Below are positions 20,023 through 29,694 of a DNA stretch of 64,000 nucleotides, in pieces. Positions within the stretch are counted from its first letter, which is position 1; every line of letters begins with the position of its first letter. The stretch lies in assembly GCA_964371245.1 (NCBI GenBank), contig CAYJKP010000001.1:379042-443041 (forward strand), read 5' to 3'. The translations under genes were made by a program, and so were the position numbers. The notes under the pieces are model-generated. The model saw only the letters and a list, made by a program, of their open reading frames with translations, searched no databases and was not told the origin of the DNA. Source of the DNA: an uncultured Gammaproteobacteria bacterium. Its GTDB lineage: Bacteria > Patescibacteriota > Patescibacteriia > JAHIZJ01.

Positions 20023-22756
20023 AATCTTTGGTGATGCCAATAAGCGGATAGTTGAAAAACTACAGTCGGAAATCGCTCGATTGAGCGAGCGTGAGCCGGA
20101 GTTGCAAAAATTATCTGACTCAGACATCATCGCCAAAACAGAAGAACTGAAAGCCGCCCTGGCGAACGGAAAGTCGCCGGATGATATTATGCCGGAGGCT
20201 TTTGCATTGGTTCGGGAGGCGTCGCGTCGCCGTACGGGTATGCGTCATTTTGACGTCCAATTGATTGGCGGACTCGTCCTCCATCGGGGAAAAATAGCGG
20301 AAATGCGGACCGGTGAAGGAAAAACCCTTGTCGCCACTTTGGCTCTGTATCTCAATGCCCTGGCTGGCAAGGGCGCCCACCTGGTGACCGTCAACGATTA
20401 TTTGGCGCGCCGCGATACGGTCTGGATGGGACTAATTTATCATGCCCTTGGAATGAAAGTCGGCTGTATCCAGCACGAGGCGGCCTTTCTGTTTGATCCT
20501 GAGTTTAAAGCCGAGCAGGAAAGCTATAATTTTTTACGACCGGTTACGCGGAAAGAGGCCTATCAGGCTGATATCACCTACGGGACAAACAACGAATTTG
20601 GCTTTGATTACCTGCGCGACAATATGGCTGGACGGAAAGAGGATAAAGTCCAGCGGCCGCTCTATTACGCGATTGTCGATGAAGTCGACAGTATTTTGAT
20701 TGACGAAGCCCGGACGCCGCTGATCATTTCTTCGCCGGCCGAAGAATCAACTGACCTGTATTATAAGTTTGCAAAACTCATCCCGCAATTGAAAGAAAAC
20801 GAGGATTTTAATATCGATGAAAAGATGCGTTCGGCGACGCTGACCGATGCTGGCGTAGTGAAAATGGAACAATGGCTCGGACTCGACAACCTTTACGTTA
20901 TCGGCGGCTTGGAATTGATCCATCACATTGAACAGGCGCTTCGGGCGCAGACGCTCTATAAAAAAGACAAGGATTACGTCGTAAAAGACGGTGAAGTGAT
21001 CATCGTCGATGAATTCACCGGCCGGCTCATGCCCGGGCGGCGCTATTCGGAAGGCTTGCATCAAGCGATAGAGGCCAAGGAGGGCGTGAAGATTCAGCAA
21101 GAAAGCCGGACCATGGCGACGATCACGTTCCAGAACTATTTCCGCATGTACAAGAAGCTTGCCGGTATGACTGGAACGGCAGCCACCGAAGCCGAGGAAT
21201 TTTCGAAAATCTACACCCTCGATGTTGTCATTGTCCCGACCAATAAGGATATGATCCGGAAGGACCAGAATGATTTGATTTATAAAAACGAACAGGCGAA
21301 GTATCAGGCGGTCATGGAGGACATCAAGAATAATCAAGCGCAGGGCCGTCCGGTTCTCGTTGGAACGATCTCTATTGAAAAGAATGAGATACTGAGCGAA
21401 CTTCTCGAACGAAATGGCGTTCCTCACCAAGTGTTGAACGCAAAACAGCACGAGAAAGAAGCGAAGATTATTACCCAGGCCGGCCGGCTCGGCGCCGTCA
21501 CCATCGCGACAAACATGGCTGGTCGCGGCGTCGATATTGTCTTGGGCGGTAATCCACCCGAACCAGGGGAGGCAAAAAAGGTGCGAGAACTCGGCGGGTT
21601 GTACGTCATCGGGACGGAACGCCACGAGTCGCGGCGGATTGACAACCAGCTGCGCGGACGTTCTGGTCGGCAGGGTGATCCGGGTGCGTCGCGATTTTTT
21701 GTTTCGCTGGAGGATGATCTCATGCGGATCTTCGGCTCGGACCGGCTGAAAAGCGTCATGGAACGGCTCGGCGTCCCGGATGACATGCCGATCGAGAATC
21801 GGATGATCTCCTCGTCCATCGAATCGGCCCAGAAAAAGGTTGAGGGCTATAATTTTGATATCCGGAAACGGCTCGTCGAATTTGACGATGTCATTAACAA
21901 ACATCGCGAAGTTATTTATAAAAAACGTGACGACATACTCGAGGCGGCCGAACATGAGGGAGCACTGCGAGAAAAAATACGGGAAATGGTCAACGCTGAA
22001 GTGGAACAAGTTATTTCCTTCCATACCGCCGATGAAAACAGCCAAAACTGGAACCTCAAAGAAGTCAGTGAGGTGCTCAATACCATATTTCCGTCCCGGC
22101 CTGATATTTTGAAACGGCTGCAGGAAATAGTTGAAAGCGCCCGCGACAAGCTCCATCTGGCCCAGGTACGGACCGAAATAATCAATTATTGCAACGACCT
22201 GGCTCACGAAACAATCCAGCAAATGGAGCAGCGGGTGAATAATCCGCAATTAATGCATGAAATCAGACGCGGCGTTCTTTTGCGCAGTATTGATCTGCTT
22301 TGGGTTGAGCATTTGGAACAAATGGATTATCTCCGGAAGGGGATTGGCTTGCGCGGTTACGGCCAGCGCGATCCGCTGATTGAGTATAAGAAAGAAGCCT
22401 ATGACATGTTCTCGCAGCTGATCAGCAGTATTCAGAACCAAGTCGTTCATACGATCTTCAAAATCGGCCAGGTCAAGCAAGAGAATGCTCCCGAGACGAC
22501 GGCGCCGGTAATTGAAATGGGACCCTCTAAAACCATGGAAGAAGGACGCGGTCAATTCCAGCAGATCCAAGCCCCACCGCCGGGCGAAAAGGGCGGATCT
22601 GAAAATGATGACGCGACAATAACAAAACCGGGTCCGATCCCTGGCACCATTATAAAAGCGGGCAGGCTGCGGATGAAAGACGGCACTAAAATCGGCCGAA
22701 ACGATCCTTGTCCGTGCGGCTCAGGAAAGAAGTTCAAGAAGTGCCATGGAAAATGA
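20006..22756 (+). CDS. secA: Preprotein translocase subunit SecA
   Basis: [55 protein letters not shown]. Confidence 0.98.
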   Translation: MAFLAKIFGDANKRIVEKLQSEIARLSEREPELQKLSDSDIIAKTEELKAALANGKSPDDIMPEAFALVREASRRRTGMRHFDVQLIGGLVLHRGKIAEMRTGEGKTLVATLALYLNALAGKGAHLVTVNDYLARRDTVWMGLIYHALGMKVGCIQHEAAFLFDPEFKAEQESYNFLRPVTRKEAYQADITYGTNNEFGFDYLRDNMAGRKEDKVQRPLYYAIVDEVDSILIDEARTPLIISSPAEESTDLYYKFAKLIPQLKENEDFNIDEKMRSATLTDAGVVKMEQWLGLDNLYVIGGLELIHHIEQALRAQTLYKKDKDYVVKDGEVIIVDEFTGRLMPGRRYSEGLHQAIEAKEGVKIQQESRTMATITFQNYFRMYKKLAGMTGTAATEAEEFSKIYTLDVVIVPTNKDMIRKDQNDLIYKNEQAKYQAVMEDIKNNQAQGRPVLVGTISIEKNEILSELLERNGVPHQVLNAKQHEKEAKIITQAGRLGAVTIATNMAGRGVDIVLGGNPPEPGEAKKVRELGGLYVIGTERHESRRIDNQLRGRSGRQGDPGASRFFVSLEDDLMRIFGSDRLKSVMERLGVPDDMPIENRMISSSIESAQKKVEGYNFDIRKRLVEFDDVINKHREVIYKKRDDILEAAEHEGALREKIREMVNAEVEQVISFHTADENSQNWNLKEVSEVLNTIFPSRPDILKRLQEIVESARDKLHLAQVRTEIINYCNDLAHETIQQMEQRVNNPQLMHEIRRGVLLRSIDLLWVEHLEQMDYLRKGIGLRGYGQRDPLIEYKKEAYDMFSQLISSIQNQVVHTIFKIGQVKQENAPETTAPVIEMGPSKTMEEGRGQFQQIQAPPPGEKGGSENDDATITKPGPIPGTIIKAGRLRMKDGTKIGRNDPCPCGSGKKFKKCHGK

Positions 22757-22771
22757 AAATAAGTAACAATA

Positions 22772-23191
22772 ATGGCAAGTAAAAAATGCCTCGGCATTGA
22801 TCACATTCAGATCGGAGTAAAGAATATTAGCCAGTCGGGTCCATTTTATGATCAGTTGCTTAAATATTTCGGTTTCAAGGTTTTATCGACAAGAAAAAAT
22901 TATCGCAACTGGCACAACGGCGGACGCAATACATTCAGCATTAAACAGGTTGCGGCAAAACATGCCCGGATTAAATATCACCGAAAACAAATCGGCTTGA
23001 ATCATATCGCTTTTCGGGCGACAACCAAATCGCAAATCAATGCATTTTATAAAGACTTTTTGGTAAAGCACAATATTCCTGTCTTATATGGCGGCCCAAA
23101 AAGCTATCCGGAATATTATGAAGATTATTACGCCGTTTATTTTGAAGACCCGGATAGAATCAAGCTGGAATATATGTGGTTTAGACGATAG
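22772..23191 (+). CDS. VOC/glyoxalase family protein
   Basis: IDHIQI.V, GLNHIAF, YYAVYFEDPDRIKLE. Confidence 0.88.
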   Translation: MASKKCLGIDHIQIGVKNISQSGPFYDQLLKYFGFKVLSTRKNYRNWHNGGRNTFSIKQVAAKHARIKYHRKQIGLNHIAFRATTKSQINAFYKDFLVKHNIPVLYGGPKSYPEYYEDYYAVYFEDPDRIKLEYMWFRR

Positions 23192-23205
23192 AATCGAGCG
23201 TTGTC

Positions 23206-23739
23206 ATGGGAAATAGCGATCAAGATATGTCGAATTACTATATTTCAACAAAAGAGCATCCCTATCATCTTTCCGTTGGCGCGATCGTAGTAAATGATCG
23301 AGGTGAAGTTCTTTGCCACCATTTTCATTCAATTGATGTGCCGGGTACTACGTTTAAAGACCTATATTTACTCATTCGAGAGTCACTTGATCCTAACGAA
23401 ACGCTGGAGGCCGCGGTGCATCGGGGTTTACTTGAAGAAGCGGGCGTTGAAGCGGCTGTCCAAATGTTCATCGGATCGATTGTCAGCCAGTTTAATCGGG
23501 AGGATATTATTGCCCAGAAAACAACACTCTATTTCTTATGTAAGTTAATAAAATTCGATATCGTAAGGCGCGATAAATCTGATCCCGAGGCTGGGAGCGA
23601 GATAACCTTTCTTCCGATTGACTCCTTGATTGATAAAATGAAGTCACAATATGATCGTTATAAAAGGTCAGACTTTGATGAAACGTACATATTAGAAGAG
23701 ACCAAGAAATATTTAGGACGTCACGGGAGACGGCAATGA
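23206..23739 (+). CDS. NUDIX-like hydrolase
   Basis: Variant Nudix box ETLEAAVHRGLLEEAG. Confidence 0.75.
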   Translation: MGNSDQDMSNYYISTKEHPYHLSVGAIVVNDRGEVLCHHFHSIDVPGTTFKDLYLLIRESLDPNETLEAAVHRGLLEEAGVEAAVQMFIGSIVSQFNREDIIAQKTTLYFLCKLIKFDIVRRDKSDPEAGSEITFLPIDSLIDKMKSQYDRYKRSDFDETYILEETKKYLGRHGRRQ

Positions 23740-24188
23740 ACGAAATAAAAAACAATCTGGTGCTTGAGCTACACATCCCTGATTTCGCTAAAGCCAGGGA
23801 TTTTTATTCGTTGTTTGGTTTTACCCAGCTGAACTACGACCCGACCTCGGGCGGCGGCAGCGATCTCGGATATATGGTGTTAAAGCGATCCGACACGATC
23901 GGCGATACATACATCAATTTTTACGGGGACTCAGAGAAAGTTGCCCAACATGGCTTTTTTGAGGATATACCGGCCACAACGCCGCGCGGGTATGAGGTTG
24001 AAATAACAATTCCGGTTTCAAACGTTGAAGGATTGTGGGCGTCGGTCAAAGATATTGTGCCGCCGGAACAGCTCGCGCAGCCGTTAACGCTCAAGCGTTG
24101 GGGGAAAAAGGACTTTCGCGTGGCTGATCCATTCGGCTTTTATGTCCGATTTACCGAGCTCTTCGATTGGTTCAAGACTGGACGATAA
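23736..24188 (+). CDS. VOC/bleomycin-resistance family protein
   Basis: DF.KARDFY..FGF; WGKKDFRVADPFGFYVRFTE. Confidence 0.8.
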   Translation: MNEIKNNLVLELHIPDFAKARDFYSLFGFTQLNYDPTSGGGSDLGYMVLKRSDTIGDTYINFYGDSEKVAQHGFFEDIPATTPRGYEVEITIPVSNVEGLWASVKDIVPPEQLAQPLTLKRWGKKDFRVADPFGFYVRFTELFDWFKTGR

Positions 24189-24277
24189 TAGAAATTTAGG
24201 CTATACTTTATTCCTAATTCGCAATCGATAAACCACCGGGATTGCCTGGTGATTTTCGGTATAATACGCGTTTGGCC

Positions 24278-24781
24278 ATGTCTAAGAATTCTATAAAAAA
24301 AGTAATCATCGTTGACGAGAACGATCACGAAATCGGCGCGAAAAAACGCACGGAAATGACGGCGGAGGATATGTACCGCGTGGCCGCGCTTTGGATAACC
24401 GATGTGCGCGGCGGCATTCTGTTGGCGAAACGGAGCAATGAAAAATCACACGACCCGGGCAAATGGGGGCCGGCCGTGGCCGGTACGGTTGAGGCTGGTG
24501 AAACCTACGATGACAATATCATAAAGGAAACCGAAGAGGAGCTGGGCATTAAGCTTGAGAATCTACGGCAAGGACCGAAAATTGAAATTTATGGCGAGTA
24601 CCACTATTTCTGCCAGTGGTACTTCATGCAAATAGATAAACCGCTGAAGAAATACCGCCTGCAAAAATCAGAAGTTGCTGAAGTGCGCTGGTTTAAAAAG
24701 GAAGAACTCATCCAGGAGCTAAAAAACCAGCCCGAGTTATTTTTACCGAGCATGGCTCAATTTATCAATTCTTTCTTTTGA
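24278..24781 (+). CDS. NUDIX hydrolase, IPP-isomerase-like
   Basis: IVDEND.EIG, LLAKRS..K...PGKW, AGTVEAGE....IKETEEELGI. Confidence 0.85.
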   Translation: MSKNSIKKVIIVDENDHEIGAKKRTEMTAEDMYRVAALWITDVRGGILLAKRSNEKSHDPGKWGPAVAGTVEAGETYDDNIIKETEEELGIKLENLRQGPKIEIYGEYHYFCQWYFMQIDKPLKKYRLQKSEVAEVRWFKKEELIQELKNQPELFLPSMAQFINSFF

Positions 24782-24808
24782 AGCCACTGTTATTTACGAA
24801 ACCAAAAT

Positions 24809-25321
24809 ATGCCGGCCGAAAAAATAAGCCTGAGCGATGCCAAGCCAAACAAACTCTTCTATTTCGTCGCCAACGTCGTGATCTATCGCGAGAGTGACGG
24901 CCGCTGCCTGATCTTAAAGCGCGCGCAGACTGAAAAAGTTCATCCGGGCAAATACTGCGTACCGGGCGGGAAGCTCGAATGGGAACAATTTGATCTCAAT
25001 AATCCGACTCGCCGGAATGGTGACGTTTTGGATTATGAGAACGCGGTGGAAGAGCTGCTGAAGCGCGAAGCGCGGGAAGAAGCCGGTGTTGAAATTGAAC
25101 CAACGATTCGGTATATTAATAGCGTGGCGTTTGTCCGGCCAGACGGCATCCCAGTCGCCTTGGTCAAGTTTGCAGCCAAATATGTGAGCGGTGAGGTAAA
25201 ACTTGAGGCTGGAGCATTTGAAGACTTCGCCTGGGTAAATGCGGATGAGGTAGAAAAATTCGATTGCATTCTTGGCTTACCCGAAGAAATCAGGCAGACA
25301 ACAAAAACATTTCTGAAATAA
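24809..25321 (+). CDS. NUDIX hydrolase
   Basis: PGGKLE...LKREAREEAG. Confidence 0.85.
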   Translation: MPAEKISLSDAKPNKLFYFVANVVIYRESDGRCLILKRAQTEKVHPGKYCVPGGKLEWEQFDLNNPTRRNGDVLDYENAVEELLKREAREEAGVEIEPTIRYINSVAFVRPDGIPVALVKFAAKYVSGEVKLEAGAFEDFAWVNADEVEKFDCILGLPEEIRQTTKTFLK

Positions 25322-25325
25322 TTGA

Positions 25326-26054
25326 ATGTCAGTAACGTTCAATATTCTAAAAAATCATCCCGAAGTCATCTGCGGTATCACTGAACAGTCTGATGGTTCA
25401 ATGGGGTATACGACGCCGGGTGAGACAAAAAAGTATCAGCTAGCGAATCGGGAGCGCTATTTTACAGATCACGACCTGCCGATAAAACGGTTGTATCTGC
25501 CGCTCATGAAACACGGGACGGATATTACGGTTCTCGAACAATACAAAAACGTCAGTCCGGCGATCGCTGATGGCGTCGTCACGCATCTGTCTGGCGTCGT
25601 GCTGGGCATCACGAATGCGGACTGCTTTCCAATTTTTGCGTACGATCCGATACAACACGTGATCGGATTGGCGCATGCGGGCTGGCGCGGCGTCGTTGGG
25701 AATGTTGCGGCCAACCTGATCGTCACTATGACAACGAAATTCCGCTGCTTGAAAGGGGATATCCATGTCGGTATCGGGCCGGGCATACGGAAGTGCCATT
25801 TTGAAATCGACGCGAACGCCTTACCACGCTATATCGCGTATTCCGAGTTTGTGTATGGACGCGATAAAAAGATCTTTGTCTCGCTTGATGATATTCTGCA
25901 TCGGCAATTGCTCTATGCCGGTATAAAACGCGAACACATTGAATTGTCGCAACAATGCACCTATTGTATGGCAGAAACATATTTCTCTAATCGTCGCGAT
26001 AAGCCGAAGAGGCTCGAGACAATGATTTCGTATATTTATCGCCGGACGGATTGA
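25326..26054 (+). CDS. pgeF: PgeF/YfiH (DUF152) purine nucleoside phosphorylase / peptidoglycan editing factor
   Basis: KHG, DGVVT, ADCFP, HAGWRG, GPGI..C.FE, CTYC...YFS.RR. Confidence 0.88.
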   Translation: MSVTFNILKNHPEVICGITEQSDGSMGYTTPGETKKYQLANRERYFTDHDLPIKRLYLPLMKHGTDITVLEQYKNVSPAIADGVVTHLSGVVLGITNADCFPIFAYDPIQHVIGLAHAGWRGVVGNVAANLIVTMTTKFRCLKGDIHVGIGPGIRKCHFEIDANALPRYIAYSEFVYGRDKKIFVSLDDILHRQLLYAGIKREHIELSQQCTYCMAETYFSNRRDKPKRLETMISYIYRRTD

Positions 26055-26114
26055 TAAATTCAAATTGAATCATACAGCGCGTATCAACGCGCCTCTTTTG
26101 TTTGGCTAAGAGGA

Positions 26115-26143
26115 TTGACAAGGGCATGAAAATGTGCTAATAT
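26115..26143 (+). promoter_or_regulatory. sigma70-like promoter
   Basis: TTGACA-17nt-TAATAT with TG extension. Confidence 0.75.
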
Positions 26144-26149
26144 TACGGT

Positions 26150-26272
26150 AGAGGAAATCAAAACAAACACAAAAAGGGGCTAGACGTATTTCTAGCCTCA
26201 GGGCCCAAGAGAGGCCCGCTGGGACTGTAGCGCCTAGCCCCCATTTCCCCTGATTTCCTCCGCAGTCCCACG
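26150..26272 (+). ncRNA. Structured 5' leader or small RNA with alternative folds
   Basis: GAGGAAATCA/TGATTTCCTC, GGGGCTAGACG/CGCCTAGCCCC and TGGGACTGT/GCAGTCCCA pairings. Confidence 0.55.
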
Positions 26273-26302
26273 TTGGTTTACATAAAACAAAAACAAAAAA
26301 CA

Positions 26303-27736
26303 ATGTCGAAAACATTCAAAACCATTTTTGGTTTCAGCGTTGGTTTATTCGCCGCTGTTTTTTTATTTTCACGTCCGGCTCTCGCTGAACCCTCGCGGGC
26401 GCCGCTTTTACGGATCGTCAATCCAGGCACGATGCAAACGGAACGCGAGTTCTATGCCTTTGATGAAAATTTCAAAGGCGGCGGAACGGTTGCGGTTGGC
26501 GATCTTGGTGGCGATGGCATGAAGGAAATTGTTGTTGGTGCCGGACCCGGCGGGGGACCACAAGTGCGTATCTTACGACTCGACGGTACGGAGATCAGAA
26601 ATTTCTTTGTTTATGGTGAAGACTTCCGAGGTGGTTTGCGCGTGGCGGTCGGCGATTTAAATGGCGACGGCCGTGACGAAATTATTACCGGGACGGGCGA
26701 AGGTGGCGGACCGCAGATACGCGTTTTTGACGGTTATGGAAGGGAAAAGTTTACAGCTGGTTTTTTTGCCTTTGCGGAAGACTACCGCGGCGGCGTACAA
26801 GTGGCGGCCTGCGACGTCGATGGCAACGGGTTAAAAGAGATACTTGTTGGCAGCGGACGGAACAGCCAGGCGCACGTTCGGGTGTTTAATCGATTTGGCG
26901 TTTCTACCGGCGTTGAATTTCGTCCATTCGGCGATAAAGAAATAAACGGTGTTTCACTCGGCTGCGCCAACATTGACGGCGGGGAGAAAGAAGAGGTTGT
27001 TATTGGCGCGAATGGCCGTGAGTCGTCGATTGTAAAAGTATATAGCTCCGAGAACGCGACAACCGCACAAAGTGAGTTCTTAGCTTTTCCGAGCTCGTTC
27101 CAAGGTGGCGTAAATGTCGCCGGGGGCGATATCGATGGCGATACGTATGATGAAATCGTTGTCAGCGCCAATTCCGGCGGCGGTCCACATGTCCGCGGTT
27201 TTGAGGCAGACGGACGCGAACTGCCACTGAATTATTTCGCCTATGAGACGGACTTTCGTGGCGGCGTCAATATTGCGCTTGGAAACGTCCTCGGAAGTCC
27301 GAAGGCTGAAGTCATTACGCTGCCGGACCGGCTCCTGTCAGAAGGACGGACTGACCTGCCAAAATATATCGAGATCGATTTGGCAAAACAAATCTTTAGG
27401 CTATTTATAGACGGTTATAAAGTCGCCGAGTTTCCGGTCTCAAGCGGCAAGTCAGGTATGGACACACCGAAGGGCGAATTCAAGGTACTAAGCAAAGCGC
27501 GCGTAGCATATTCCAGCAAGTATGGACTTTGGATGCCGAACTTCATGCTGTTCACGAGGCAAGGTCACGGTATTCATGGATTGCCGTTCTGGAAGTTACG
27601 CGGTGGTGGTGTTATTTATGAGGGCGAAATCCATTTAGGGCGCAAAGTATCGCACGGCTGCGTCCGTTTGCCAGTGCCCGGATCATATGAAGTGTTTGAT
27701 AAGATCGACGTCGGCACGCCAATCTTCATCCACTAA
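26303..27736 (+). CDS. L,D-transpeptidase (YkuD) with signal peptide and FG-GAP-like repeats
   Basis: Repeats VAVGDL.GDG..EI..G.G.GGGP.VR; C-terminal GIHG...SHGCVRL. Confidence 0.9.
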   Translation: MSKTFKTIFGFSVGLFAAVFLFSRPALAEPSRAPLLRIVNPGTMQTEREFYAFDENFKGGGTVAVGDLGGDGMKEIVVGAGPGGGPQVRILRLDGTEIRNFFVYGEDFRGGLRVAVGDLNGDGRDEIITGTGEGGGPQIRVFDGYGREKFTAGFFAFAEDYRGGVQVAACDVDGNGLKEILVGSGRNSQAHVRVFNRFGVSTGVEFRPFGDKEINGVSLGCANIDGGEKEEVVIGANGRESSIVKVYSSENATTAQSEFLAFPSSFQGGVNVAGGDIDGDTYDEIVVSANSGGGPHVRGFEADGRELPLNYFAYETDFRGGVNIALGNVLGSPKAEVITLPDRLLSEGRTDLPKYIEIDLAKQIFRLFIDGYKVAEFPVSSGKSGMDTPKGEFKVLSKARVAYSSKYGLWMPNFMLFTRQGHGIHGLPFWKLRGGGVIYEGEIHLGRKVSHGCVRLPVPGSYEVFDKIDVGTPIFIH

Positions 27737-27788
27737 AAATATCGATATACTTTACCAGGGCGGCGACACAGCCGTCTTTTGGTTTCCA

Positions 27789-27816
27789 TTGACAAAATAT
27801 GAAAATATGCTAGGCT
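27789..27816 (+). promoter_or_regulatory. sigma70-like promoter of ORFan
   Basis: TTGACA-16nt-TAGGCT with TG extension. Confidence 0.55.
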
Positions 27817-27912
27817 AGCAGGTTCTTTGTTAGGTTATCCACGGAGCAAACATTGTCGGAAACGGCAATACGGCATAGCTTGGGACTGGTCCAACAGAAA
27901 GAGGTGAGTCAG

Positions 27913-28857
27913 ATGGCTGCAACTGAAAGCAACTGGCAGATCGTCTACCGAAACGCGCCGTTGTTGTATCACTCCGTCCACGACCCTCGCGGAAAGGGAG
28001 CGGCGAGGAACCAGCGCGTGAATTCAATCACCCGGGCCGACGTCTTTGACCCGGACTGGCTGACTGTCGCGGACAATCCGGCGCTGGCTGAGAAGCGCGA
28101 TTTCCCGGCCTGGCTCTATTACGAGGTTGTGGCCGGCCGGCAACGGTACCTGTACCTCTTCTTCGAAGTCTATCACCCGATAGACGACAAAGGGCTGCCC
28201 CTCGGTCTGGGCAGCCATCCGCAGGACTTGGAGTGGGTCTGCCAGGTCTATGACCGCGAGCAGAATACCGTCGTCGCGGCCATCACGCTGTTCCATGATA
28301 TGTGGTACTGGGGCTATCGGAAGGACGCCGGTGTGCTGCCGCGGTCGAACATTCTGACCATGCGGCCACTGCATATCGACGCACCGACCCAGCGCCCCAC
28401 CATCCACATCCAGGACGGCGGACACGGAATCCGGCTATTCGATCCGAAGAAGCCGCGGGAGCCATGGCTCATCTTCGTGCCGCACACGACGACGGCTGAT
28501 GTCCCGGCTGAGATCCCATGGTTCACCAAGGGCGGCATCACGCCCTGGAAGACGGTCCGGTATCGACTCGTGAGTATGTCGCAACCCGGCGGTCTCCTGG
28601 CTCATCGGGATGATCTGAACGTGTTCCGGACTACCAATCGGCAACAGCGGCTCGCGGCTAGGGCGAATGGCAAGATCGTCGCCAGTCCGGCCACGCCGGT
28701 TTGGAGCACGGGCCTGGCGACCGAACTTGTTCGGACGCGAGTAGCCGGCGTGGATCGTTGGCTCGCACCCATCGTTATCAACCCGAACAGGATCGTTGTT
28801 CAGGCATTCAAAGGCATCGCGCGGGAGGCGATTGTCGAGAACCCGTTTCTCGTCTAA
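27913..28857 (+). CDS. Hypothetical protein, NPP1/Vps62-like HxxDxE motif
   Basis: SD GAGGTGA before ATG; YY.VV...Y..F..YHP.D...GSHPQDLEWV...FH...GGHG; GC-rich; followed by a terminator. Confidence 0.65.
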   Translation: MAATESNWQIVYRNAPLLYHSVHDPRGKGAARNQRVNSITRADVFDPDWLTVADNPALAEKRDFPAWLYYEVVAGRQRYLYLFFEVYHPIDDKGLPLGLGSHPQDLEWVCQVYDREQNTVVAAITLFHDMWYWGYRKDAGVLPRSNILTMRPLHIDAPTQRPTIHIQDGGHGIRLFDPKKPREPWLIFVPHTTTADVPAEIPWFTKGGITPWKTVRYRLVSMSQPGGLLAHRDDLNVFRTTNRQQRLAARANGKIVASPATPVWSTGLATELVRTRVAGVDRWLAPIVINPNRIVVQAFKGIAREAIVENPFLV

Positions 28858-28861
28858 GCGT

Positions 28862-28906
28862 GGGGGCAGCGAACACAACCGTGTTCGGACGCCCCCTTTT
28901 TCTTTT
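28862..28906 (+). terminator. Intrinsic terminator
   Basis: GGGGGC..CGAACAC/GTGTTCG..GCCCCC followed by a T-tract. Confidence 0.75.
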
Positions 28907-28957
28907 CAAAAAGTATATATTCGTGTATCATAGGTATGTTAATACTTTTCGAGAATT

Positions 28958-29497
28958 ATGGAACAATCACAAACAAGCAATAAATTTAGTTCACGGACAA
29001 TCTGGGGCATTATTATCGTCGGCGTCGGCGTCGTCTTTCTTTTACGAGAGATGGGCGTAAATATAAACCTCGGTGATTTTTGGCCGGCAGTTCTGATTGT
29101 GCCGGGCTTGGCGTTTTGGGCGCTGTTTTTTTCAAAGCGCGGTCAAAGGGGGATTGAAGGCGTCTTAATCCCAGGCACGATCCTCGTCCTCTACGGCGGA
29201 TTCTTCCTTTTTGAAACATTGGTCGACTGGAAATACACGAGCGAAACCGCTTTCTTTTATACACTCGCGGTCGGGCTGGCATTTTTCGCTGCTCATTATT
29301 TGGGCAATCGTTCGCGTGGATTTCTCGTGCCGGCCTGGATATTGACAGGTGTAAGCGCGCTCCAGTTTTTCTCAACAACGCTTACCTGGGATTTCATGTG
29401 GTCGGTCGTCTTGATCATCGTCGGGTTATGGGTGTTGTTAAAGCGGAAGAAACAAGCACCAGACAATCAACCCGACCAAAATGTTGACAAAAAGTAA
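28958..29497 (+). CDS. Membrane protein, DUF5668/LiaF-TM-like
   Basis: WGIIIVGVGVVFLL...FWPAVLI; multiple TM. Confidence 0.7.
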   Translation: MEQSQTSNKFSSRTIWGIIIVGVGVVFLLREMGVNINLGDFWPAVLIVPGLAFWALFFSKRGQRGIEGVLIPGTILVLYGGFFLFETLVDWKYTSETAFFYTLAVGLAFFAAHYLGNRSRGFLVPAWILTGVSALQFFSTTLTWDFMWSVVLIIVGLWVLLKRKKQAPDNQPDQNVDKK

Positions 29498-29694
29498 TAC
29501 ACGTATTGTCCCATTGACATATTAGGAGTATCCAGTATAATACCAAAACTGACCTGTGATACCCAACGCCTATGACGGGAAAACAACTAATATACGCTAA
29601 TATTAGCTAACCAACTACTGGTTAGTTTTTGTTTATATATCAATTGTGGCAATTTAAAGAGATAGCTTACTCATTTAAAGAAGGAGACAATAAA

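Noticed and set aside
20747-22249. 500-aa minus-strand ORF
   Set aside because: Antisense shadow of secA.
26196-26222. TCAGGGCCC...AGAGGCCC as SRP RNA helix 8
   Set aside because: Lacks the CAGGUCCGGAAGGAAGCAGC consensus and GNRA loop.
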